From Opitutales bacterium (GTDB lineage Bacteria; Verrucomicrobiota; Verrucomicrobiia; Opitutales; JABSRG01): a stretch of DNA of 13,686 bases. Shown in pieces: positions 6,513 through 13,686 of the stretch. A program made the translations under genes and the position numbers. The notes under the pieces were generated by a model. That model was not told where the DNA came from and ran no database searches. It saw only the letters and a list, made by a program, of their open reading frames with translations. Positions within the stretch are counted from its first letter, which is position 1, and each line of letters starts with the position of its first letter. Location of the stretch: the NCBI GenBank assembly GCA_049599475.1, contig JBMYOQ010000097.1:1-13686 (forward strand), given 5' to 3'.

Positions 6513-7943
6513 TCAAAAATCCACGACATAATTAAACCCCTGGGAGAAGGCTAGGAGCTCTTCTTCCGTAAGCCATCTCTCGGAATAGTCGGGTCCCCAT
6601 GAGTCGCTGAATGCGATTTCCCCGGTGTCGTCATTATATCCGATGATCATAGCTATATGAGCGTTGTTTGACTGAGCAGGAATGCTCTTGGCGTTTTTCC
6701 TGTAATCCCGCAGATGCCGATCCCATTCGTCCCAATCACTTACCTGCTTGCGTGTTGCTGAGCGGTTATCCGATAGGTCGTTGAATCGACGTGTTGAATA
6801 CAGAGTCCACATCACCGGGCGCCCTTCATCTATAAACTTTTTGATGGATCGCAGATCTGGCATCTTTCGAATTTCTGAAAGCGAGCGGTTATTGCGGCTC
6901 AGCATAGAGCGCACTCCGTCTAGGAGAGGAGCCATGTAGGTGCCGCCGCCGATTTGTGTCTGTCCTGCTAGAGCGAGTAGATACATGTCGGCGGTGAGGC
7001 CCATGTAGCGGAGGTAGCGTTCGAAAGTCGCGGGCGCGCAATAGCCTTTGGGTCCCTGATTCACCATGGGGATATTGTCTATCACGACATCTCCATTTGT
7101 TCGCTCAATGACATTGCCTTTAGCCATTTGGCGAACATCGGAATCGGATAGACGGTCGCTGACGCCTTTGTTATCCGCGACGTAAGTTGGCACGATCTGT
7201 AGGCCGACGTATTCGCCGGGGATGTTTGAAAGCAGTATAGCAATGTCTGATACATCCCATCGCTGTATGCGTTGCCGTGTGCTCCTGCCTTCTCCATAGG
7301 ATTGCCGCTTTGCTTCGCCAAAGGCTGCGGTCAGACGCTGTTCTATGGCATCTCCATCGGCCTTTATCGCATCGCGGATGAATCTCTCAGCTTCTCTGGG
7401 AGACGGGGCTTCATTAAAGGAATCTCCCTTATTCGCAAATACGATCGAGATGAGTTCGGGACTGCCGCCGCCGAAGTAGCAGACTGCTGAATGCGGTCGT
7501 CGACTCAGGATTTTGTAATTGCTTCCTGGATATATTCGGTAGCTGGAGGATGATTGGGTTTCTGATTCCAAGGGCCAACGAATGCGGCCCATTAGGGAAC
7601 TCTCTGTTTCCTGCCAAAAGGATGTGCTCGACAAGAGGGGAATTCCGAAGACCTCGTTTAGGCGGTCTGCCTGCACAAGCCCATTTCCATGGGGCTGGGA
7701 AGCGGCCTCCAATTGTGCGGTAATAATACTTTGGGACTCCTGTGAGAATTGAGCCAGTGGCACTTCGAATCGCTGCCCATCGCGTCGTTCGATTCGGATT
7801 GTTTGGCCATCTTGCGATATTATTTTGGCCTCAATGGGTCTTCCGTCAGCAGAAAGTAATTCGACGTAATCAAGCTGGGTTTCTGCGAATGATGTGGAAA
7901 CTGCAGTGAGTATTAGCAGCCAACTCGGGGGTATTCGGGTCAT
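6513..7943 (-). CDS. Secreted protein with N-terminal SHD1-like domain and C-terminal papain-fold (C39-like) cysteine peptidase domain
   Basis: Start placed at ATG 7943 (476 aa). It overlaps the LysE stop as ATGA and opens a signal peptide (MTRIPPSWLLILTAVSTSFA). SHD1-like segment SADGRPIEAKIISQDGQTIRIERRDGQRFEVPLAQFSQESQ. Catalytic-type motifs NQGPKGYCAPAT (Q296, C302), AHIAMIIGYN (H429), FSDSWG (D447). Confidence 0.8.
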   Translation of the reverse strand: MTRIPPSWLLILTAVSTSFAETQLDYVELLSADGRPIEAKIISQDGQTIRIERRDGQRFEVPLAQFSQESQSIITAQLEAASQPHGNGLVQADRLNEVFGIPLLSSTSFWQETESSLMGRIRWPLESETQSSSSYRIYPGSNYKILSRRPHSAVCYFGGGSPELISIVFANKGDSFNEAPSPREAERFIRDAIKADGDAIEQRLTAAFGEAKRQSYGEGRSTRQRIQRWDVSDIAILLSNIPGEYVGLQIVPTYVADNKGVSDRLSDSDVRQMAKGNVIERTNGDVVIDNIPMVNQGPKGYCAPATFERYLRYMGLTADMYLLALAGQTQIGGGTYMAPLLDGVRSMLSRNNRSLSEIRKMPDLRSIKKFIDEGRPVMWTLYSTRRFNDLSDNRSATRKQVSDWDEWDRHLRDYRKNAKSIPAQSNNAHIAMIIGYNDDTGEIAFSDSWGPDYSERWLTEEELLAFSQGFNYVVDF

Positions 7944-8575
7944 AAAGTATAGAGTGAATCCACGCACCAGAGTATCCCTAGAGCGATCAGAATGATTCCG
8001 AAAACACGGTTTATCAGGGGTGCATTCTTTAGGTATAAAAGTTTTATGGAGTGTCGGTCTAGGAGCATACTGATGAGAGCAAACCATGCAAATGTTGCTA
8101 AGCTTAAGTAGGCGCAGTAGATCCACTTGGTTAACATGGGAGTCGAGTCTGCGATTACTCCCGAGAACAAGGCCAGAAAGAACAGGGTAGCTTTCACGTT
8201 GAGGAGGTTTACCGAGAGGCCTTCCAGAAAAGTCCTGGTGACGGTGTGCGGTCTCGCCGTGTCCTGTTCGCTTTCGTTTTGTGAGCTAGAGCTTTTGAAG
8301 GCGTCGGCTCCCAAATAGACGAGATAGATGCTTCCTATGATTTGTATGGCGCTTTGAGCCATAGGGCTTTTGGATATTATCAGTGTAATTCCGGTGATGG
8401 CTAAGAGGCAATGAATTGCTATTCCGCACGCTATCCCAAGGCTGGTCGCGAGCGCCGCGGTCCTTCCATGACTGGTCGCGCGTTTTAAGACGACGAAGAA
8501 GTCAGGCCCGGGACTAGCGACTGCTAATAGGTGAGCGATAGCTATTGTAATAAATTCTTCGAGTGGAAATGCGAT
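7940..8575 (-). CDS. LysE/RhtB family amino-acid exporter (start codon non-canonical or uncertain)
   Basis: The track's ORF (7940-8362) extends in frame upstream without a stop: FPLEEFITIAIAHLLAVASPGPDFFVVLKRATSHGRTAALATSLGIACGIAIH. This includes the family SPGPD motif. Also present are YLVYLG and FLEGLSVNLLNVKATLFF. Starting at ATC 8575 gives 211 aa. Confidence 0.85.
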   Translation of the reverse strand: MAFPLEEFITIAIAHLLAVASPGPDFFVVLKRATSHGRTAALATSLGIACGIAIHCLLAITGITLIISKSPMAQSAIQIIGSIYLVYLGADAFKSSSSQNESEQDTARPHTVTRTFLEGLSVNLLNVKATLFFLALFSGVIADSTPMLTKWIYCAYLSLATFAWFALISMLLDRHSIKLLYLKNAPLINRVFGIILIALGILWCVDSLYTL

Positions 8576-8616
8576 AAATGGGTAATAGCTCGGATCACTG
8601 GGCTCGCAACACCCGG

Positions 8617-8648
8617 AAACAAAAAAACTCCCGCCACCTGGCGAGAGT
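8617..8648 (-). terminator. Rho-independent terminator of the MCP gene
   Basis: Minus strand ACTCTCGCC-AGGT-GGCGGGAGT followed by TTTTTTGTTT, about 40 bp after the MCP stop. Confidence 0.85.
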
Positions 8649-8686
8649 CTGTTATGCTAATTTGAATGATGGCCGAGGCGAAGCGC

Positions 8687-10966
8687 CTATTTGGCATCCT
8701 CCAGTTTGAAGGAGCCGACAATTTCGCTGAGCCTTGAAGCAATCTGGGAAAGCTCCTCGGATCCGGCACTGCCTTGGGTTGCTTTCTCGGTGGCGAGGGC
8801 CGCGGCTTCGTAGACTTTGTGCATGCTCTCAGAGACATTCGAGGATCCTGTGGCAGACTCATCGATACTGGATGCGAGATTTTGGATCGAGGTCGACAGG
8901 CCAGAAATGTTTAGCGCGATTTCCTGAGTTGTCGCAGATTGCTCTTCGATTGCAGATGCGATGTTTGATGAGATCATACTCACCTCGTCGATGATTTCTG
9001 TAATCTCCTTGATCGAGCTGATGGAGAGTTCGGTATCTTCGCGAATTCCTTCAATCTGTTCCGCAATGGATTGGGTGGCCTCGGCGCTCTGGCGTGCGAG
9101 GTCTTTCACTTCACTCGCGACGACGGCAAATCCTTTGCCAGCCTCTCCGGCTGAAGCGGCTTCAATTGTAGCATTGAGCGCGAGGAGGTTTGTCTGTTCG
9201 GCGATGCCTCGGATCACATCGACGACTTGGGAAATATTCTGCGAGGAGCCGGCTAGTTTATCGATGACCTCATTGGTCGTGTGGGCTTTCTGACGAGCGT
9301 CTTCGGCGATTTCAGATTCTTTCGCGCAGTTCTTCGCGACCTCTCCGATAGACGCGCTCATCTCTTCGACTGCGGAAGCGACGGTGGAAGCGGCCGATGT
9401 CATTTCTTCAGAAGTCTCCGCCATGGTGCGCATGTTCGTGGAAAGTTCTTCACCAGACGAGGATACGGAAACGGCCTTATCCGTCATATCCTCTGCATTT
9501 GCCTTGGCCTCTGCGGATTGATCTTTGAGTTTGTGTGAGGATGAAGACACCTCATGAGAGTGCTCACGCACTTCACTGATCATGGATCGTAAGCTATCGA
9601 TCGTTTTATTTAGCGCGCTCGAGAGGGCTCCTAATTCGTCGCTGCTCTGATAAGCGCTCTGATGTGTGAGGTCGCCTTGAGCGAGAGATTCGATAACACC
9701 CACAGATTCCTTGATCGGGCGAACGATAGAGCCGGAAATATAGAGGCTCACTACGGTGATAATTGCACCGACTACGAAGAATATCGCTATTACCGCGTTG
9801 CGCGTTGAGTGGGTCCCCGCGAGGGCATAGTCGCGCTCGATCTCGGTGACCATGGCCCAGTTTAGGCCGAGAAAATCGACAGGTGCAGCTACCGAGTAAA
9901 CGGCTTCGCCACGGTAATTCTCGTATGTGCCCTGCACTGTCTCGCCGTTAAATACAGCCGAGAATTGGCTGATATCCATTTTGGCATTGTTACTCACGCT
10001 TGCTTGAACGCTGTATGCGGAACCACCTAGCTCCGTATCGGATTTAAGCGCTCCATCACTTCCGATCATGAACATTTCTCCACGTCGCTCGAAGAAGTCA
10101 GCTGCGTGGGCCATCTTGTTCAACTTGTCCACTGGAAGTTGGTAAATAAGAACTGCTACTCGCTCGCCAAAATTATTGAAAATTGGGCTGCTTACAAATG
10201 AGGCTGCTGCCTCATAGGAAGGGGTATAGGAGGCGAGGTCAGTTATGGAAATTTCGCCTTCTTCTATTTGGTTCGCTGCTGCGAAGGCTTCGCCGATTCC
10301 AGTGTTGGCATATGGGCCGTCTATCAGAGATGTTGCGAAGTCTAGTTCTTTGAAGACAGAGTATACGATATGGCCGGTTTTTGCGTCTGCAATGAAGATG
10401 TCATAATAGCCATATTCATTAAGGAAGCTGTCGAACTTGGGGTGATACTTGTCGTGTAGCCAATTGTAGGTATGTCCTCGGGACGCAGCTTTTAAGGAGT
10501 TTTTCTCTCCGAGAGGATTCTTATTTAGAGCGATATAGTCTGCTTGAAGTGTTTTCGTGTTAACATCTAGGCCATTCAGCATTGAGGAGATATTTGCGCT
10601 ACTCCCCGTTTCGCTTTCGTATTTTGCTCCGAATTCGTCTGTGTAGAAGCGCCTGAGGGCCGTATCGGCTTCCTCGGGATCTAACGTAGGATCTGCGGAA
10701 TCGGCGTAGTCGTGGAAAGCGTCAATGAATTGTCTCGAAGCCGATTTCACTTCAGGCTCTTGCGCCATATAGTGAATCTGATGCCTGACAAGTTCCGCGA
10801 AATCATGGATGCGCTCATTTTCGAGTTTTTCGGCGATACGGAGTAGGCGGAACGCTTCGCTCTCTGATACGGAAGAAAAGCGAACCAGGACGAATGTTGA
10901 GAGCAGCATTAAGGGGACTAACCCGAGGACAAGGTAGGATGTGAGCAGTTTCGTACGGAGCTTCAT
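8687..10966 (-). CDS. Methyl-accepting chemotaxis protein (large periplasmic Cache-type sensor, HAMP, signalling domain)
   Basis: 759 aa. Two TM segments flank a sensor with [28 protein letters not shown] motif [21 protein letters not shown] hairpin [37 protein letters not shown]. Confidence 0.96.
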   Translation of the reverse strand: MKLRTKLLTSYLVLGLVPLMLLSTFVLVRFSSVSESEAFRLLRIAEKLENERIHDFAELVRHQIHYMAQEPEVKSASRQFIDAFHDYADSADPTLDPEEADTALRRFYTDEFGAKYESETGSSANISSMLNGLDVNTKTLQADYIALNKNPLGEKNSLKAASRGHTYNWLHDKYHPKFDSFLNEYGYYDIFIADAKTGHIVYSVFKELDFATSLIDGPYANTGIGEAFAAANQIEEGEISITDLASYTPSYEAAASFVSSPIFNNFGERVAVLIYQLPVDKLNKMAHAADFFERRGEMFMIGSDGALKSDTELGGSAYSVQASVSNNAKMDISQFSAVFNGETVQGTYENYRGEAVYSVAAPVDFLGLNWAMVTEIERDYALAGTHSTRNAVIAIFFVVGAIITVVSLYISGSIVRPIKESVGVIESLAQGDLTHQSAYQSSDELGALSSALNKTIDSLRSMISEVREHSHEVSSSSHKLKDQSAEAKANAEDMTDKAVSVSSSGEELSTNMRTMAETSEEMTSAASTVASAVEEMSASIGEVAKNCAKESEIAEDARQKAHTTNEVIDKLAGSSQNISQVVDVIRGIAEQTNLLALNATIEAASAGEAGKGFAVVASEVKDLARQSAEATQSIAEQIEGIREDTELSISSIKEITEIIDEVSMISSNIASAIEEQSATTQEIALNISGLSTSIQNLASSIDESATGSSNVSESMHKVYEAAALATEKATQGSAGSEELSQIASRLSEIVGSFKLEDAK

Positions 10967-11130
10967 AGCGTTCTCATGTATATTTTAAATTGGAATCTCG
11001 TAGATTTGACGGGATTGATGATCAGACTGCCCTAGTAAGTCGTTCCGGTAGTCGGTAAATTGATATCGATATCGATGTTGCTGGAGAAAAATTCTCGAAA
11101 ATCTTCCCGGCGCCGTCATAAAGCGCCCTC

Positions 11131-12309
11131 ATGTCAACGGTCTTAATCATTGGGGCAGGGGGAGTCGGCGGCGTCGTTACCCATAAATGTGCCCAGGTCC
11201 CTCAAGTCTTTTCACGCATTGTATTGGCGAGTAGAACGGTCTCCAAGTGTGAGGCAATCGCGGCCCAAATCGGGCGTGATATCGAGACAGCTCAAGTGGA
11301 CGCGGATAATGTCCCAGAGCTGGTTGAGCTGATCAATAAAGTGAAGCCTGATGTATTGATCAACGTAGCGCTGCCTTACCAGGACCTGACCATCATGGAC
11401 GCATGCCTGGAGACGAGTGTCCCCTATATTGACACCGCCAACTACGAGCCGCCTGAAACCGCTAAGTTTGAGTATAAGTGGCAGTGGGCGTACCAGGATC
11501 GTTTTAAGGAAAAGGGCCTACTGGCGCTACTCGGTAGCGGCTTTGATCCCGGAGTGACGAATATTTTTACGTCTTGGATGGCGAAGCACCATTTCGACGA
11601 GATTACCGAGCTGGATATTATCGATGCCAATGCGGGCGACCACGGTCACCCCTTCGCGACCAATTTTAACCCAGAAATCAACATCCGTGAGGTGACGGCC
11701 AACGGGCGTTATTGGGAGAATGGAGAGTGGGTTGAGACCGAGCCCTTGAGTGTCAAAAAGAGCTTCGATTTCCCCGAGGGCATCGGTCCCATGAATATTT
11801 ACCTGATGTATCACGAGGAGCTGGAATCCCTGACAAAGCACATTCCATCGATCAAGCGGGCTCGCTTCTGGATGACCTTCTCGGACAACTACTTAAAGCA
11901 TCTCGAGGTCTTGCAAAATGTAGGAATGACTCGGATTGATCCGGTAGTGTATGAGGGCAAAGAGATTATCCCGCTTCAGTTTCTGAAGTCAGTATTGCCG
12001 GATCCCGCGAGCCTGGGACCACGCACCAAAGGAAAGACTTGTATTGGCTGTGTCGCCTCAGGGATCAAGGACGGCAAACCAAAGAAAATGTACGTCTATA
12101 ACACCTGTGATCACCAAGAGTGCTATCGCGAGGTGAAGTCTCAGGCGATTTCTTATACAACTGGAGTCCCTGCTATGATTGGAGGCATGTTGGTCGCTAC
12201 GGGTGCCTGGTCGGGCGACGGAGTCTTTAACATGGAGCAGTTTGATCCCGATCCATTCATGGACGCCTTGAACAAATACGGTCTCCCATGGAAAGCCGTC
12301 ACCTTGTAG
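11131..12309 (+). CDS. Carboxy(nor)spermidine dehydrogenase/synthase (saccharopine dehydrogenase family)
   Basis: 392 aa. Rossmann VLIIGAGGVG, INVALPYQD, DTANYE, GFDPG, NFNPEINIRE, YHEE, YTTGVPA. Adjacent to nspC. Confidence 0.92.
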   Translation: MSTVLIIGAGGVGGVVTHKCAQVPQVFSRIVLASRTVSKCEAIAAQIGRDIETAQVDADNVPELVELINKVKPDVLINVALPYQDLTIMDACLETSVPYIDTANYEPPETAKFEYKWQWAYQDRFKEKGLLALLGSGFDPGVTNIFTSWMAKHHFDEITELDIIDANAGDHGHPFATNFNPEINIREVTANGRYWENGEWVETEPLSVKKSFDFPEGIGPMNIYLMYHEELESLTKHIPSIKRARFWMTFSDNYLKHLEVLQNVGMTRIDPVVYEGKEIIPLQFLKSVLPDPASLGPRTKGKTCIGCVASGIKDGKPKKMYVYNTCDHQECYREVKSQAISYTTGVPAMIGGMLVATGAWSGDGVFNMEQFDPDPFMDALNKYGLPWKAVTL

Positions 12310-13442
12310 AGATCCTGAAACAGGCACCGTCGCCGTGCTTTGTCATTCTATTGGAGGATTTGCGGCGAAATCTGCGAATCCTCAAATCGGTAAAGGAGCG
12401 CACGGATTGCAAAATCTTGCTGGCTCTGAAGGGATTTTCCAATTTTCAGACCTTCCCGATGCTCAGCGAGGTGCTCGACGGCACCTGTGCCAGCTCGGTA
12501 AACGAGGCACGCCTGGGGCAAGAAGAGTTTGGAGGCGAGGTCGAGATCTTCGCCCCGGCCTTTCGTGAGCAGGATATCGAGCAATCCGTTGAGCTGTGCG
12601 ATCACGTTATCTTCAACTCTTTTGGCCAGCTGGCAAAATACCGGGACCGCGTTCTCGGAGCCGAGAGAGCTATCGACATCGGCTTACGGGTGAACCCTGA
12701 GCACAGTGAAGGTGCGGTCGATATTTATAACCCATGCGCCCCGTTCTCGCGCCTCGGTATTCCTCTTTCTGAGTGGGACGAAAGCCAGCTCGTGGGCGTA
12801 TCTGGCCTACATTTTCATACCTTATGTGAGCAAGGCAGCGATGCACTCGAAGGCACTTTGAGGGCGTTCGAAGCTAAGTTTGCCAAATGGATTCCGCAAA
12901 TGAAGTGGGTCAATTTCGGGGGCGGTCACCACATCACCCAGCCGGGGTATGACGTCGATTTGCTGGTCCAATTGATCAACGACTTCAAAGCGCGTTACGA
13001 GGTCCAAGTCTATCTTGAGCCGGGCGAAGCAGTTGCCCTAAACGCGGGGGTCTTCGTTACGCGGGTGGTGGACGTTTTGAAAAACCAGAAGGATATCGCC
13101 ATTCTCGACACCTCGGCTTCTTGCCATCTCGCCGATGTCCTAGAAATGCCTTTCCGCCCTGGTGTCGTCGGAGGCGGAGAGCCCGGCGAAAAGGCACACA
13201 CGTACATTCTCGGTGGCCAGACCTGCCTCGCCGGAGATGTCTTGGGCGAATACAGCTTCGATCAACCCTTGAAGCCAGGCGATCCCGTTGTCTTCACCGA
13301 CATGGCCCACTACACGATGGTAAAAACCACCACCTTCAACGGGGTAAACCTCCCCTCAATCGGCCACTACGACGCAGCAGAAGAAAAATTCGAGCTCCTC
13401 AAAGAATTCGGATATAAAGACTTCAAAGAGCGCCTGGGATAG
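12288..13442 (+). CDS. nspC: Carboxynorspermidine decarboxylase (PLP-dependent, fold type III)
   Basis: 384 aa. LLALKGF (PLP lysine), HFHTLCEQ, NFGGGHH, LEPGEA, TCLAGD, HYTMVKTTTFNG. Overlaps the upstream dehydrogenase by 22 nt. Confidence 0.95.
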   Translation: MESRHLVEILKQAPSPCFVILLEDLRRNLRILKSVKERTDCKILLALKGFSNFQTFPMLSEVLDGTCASSVNEARLGQEEFGGEVEIFAPAFREQDIEQSVELCDHVIFNSFGQLAKYRDRVLGAERAIDIGLRVNPEHSEGAVDIYNPCAPFSRLGIPLSEWDESQLVGVSGLHFHTLCEQGSDALEGTLRAFEAKFAKWIPQMKWVNFGGGHHITQPGYDVDLLVQLINDFKARYEVQVYLEPGEAVALNAGVFVTRVVDVLKNQKDIAILDTSASCHLADVLEMPFRPGVVGGGEPGEKAHTYILGGQTCLAGDVLGEYSFDQPLKPGDPVVFTDMAHYTMVKTTTFNGVNLPSIGHYDAAEEKFELLKEFGYKDFKERLG

Positions 13443-13449
13443 TCTTTTG

Positions 13450-13638
13450 GGGCCTCACGCCCGCTTCGCTCAAGCAGCAGAGACGCAAAGAAAATATCAG
13501 GAATCTCTCTTGTTCAGTGATACGAATACCGTGCAGTTCTTGTAAGCTATTTTTCGTGCTTTTTGAGGTGGATTAATGAAATAACTGGCCTTCCCAGCTT
13601 TGCGTCTCTGCTGCTTGAGCGAAGCGGGCTTGAGGCCC
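13450..13638. repeat. Long inverted repeat (41-bp arms, 107-bp spacer); REP-doublet/MITE-like
   Basis: Arm 13450-13490 GGGCCTCACGCCCGCTTCGCTCAAGCAGCAGAGACGCAAAG is the reverse complement of 13598-13638 at 40 of 41 positions. The spacer is AT-rich and looks non-coding. Confidence 0.9.
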
Positions 13639-13686
13639 TGCTATGTTAGTTTGTGTCAAGACCGTTGGATGTGTTTAGTTACTTTT

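Noticed and set aside
7944..8126. 61-aa N-terminal extension of the peptidase ORF in the track (start 8126)
   Set aside because: It overlaps the LysE coding region in another frame. ATG 7943 gives a signal peptide and an ATGA overlap, so it is the better start.
10967..11130. Sigma28 (FliA) promoter for the MCP
   Set aside because: Only partial -10-like words (ACCGACTA, ATCGATAT) were found, without a properly spaced TAAA -35 element.
11131..12309. Annotation as lysine-pathway saccharopine dehydrogenase
   Set aside because: It belongs to the same family, but the DTANYE and NFNPEINIRE motifs and the overlap with nspC point to carboxy(nor)spermidine dehydrogenase.
13450..13638. CRISPR array or tRNA interpretation of the terminal repeat
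   Set aside because: There are only two copies and they are inverted rather than direct. There is no cloverleaf and no cas gene.

Overview
Bacterial chromosomal window, probably from Verrucomicrobiota (Opitutales-like). That placement is inferred from an SHD1-domain protein, an Opitutae-style 'EEEVLELEGFE' TonB-receptor N-terminus and weak Shine-Dalgarno use. Left to right it holds: two REP-like hairpins; a low-molecular-weight protein-tyrosine phosphatase (-); a divergent pair of TonB-dependent receptors (TBDRs); a secreted SHD1 + papain/C39-like cysteine peptidase (-) translationally coupled behind a LysE/RhtB exporter; a methyl-accepting chemotaxis protein (-); the carboxy(nor)spermidine dehydrogenase/decarboxylase pair (+); and a 41-bp long inverted repeat. 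Points of most interest: (i) the left TBDR appears to keep only a vestige of its plug domain; (ii) the TBDR intergenic region has a sigma54-type -24/-12 promoter and two related palindromes (RTRAAC-N3-GTTYAY); (iii) the intact LysE frame has no ATG/GTG/TTG start where its conserved N-terminus begins; (iv) the LysE-SHD1/C39 peptidase pair is an unusual coupling. No rRNA, tRNA, CRISPR array or transposase was seen. All family assignments come from motif recognition by eye, not from database searches.
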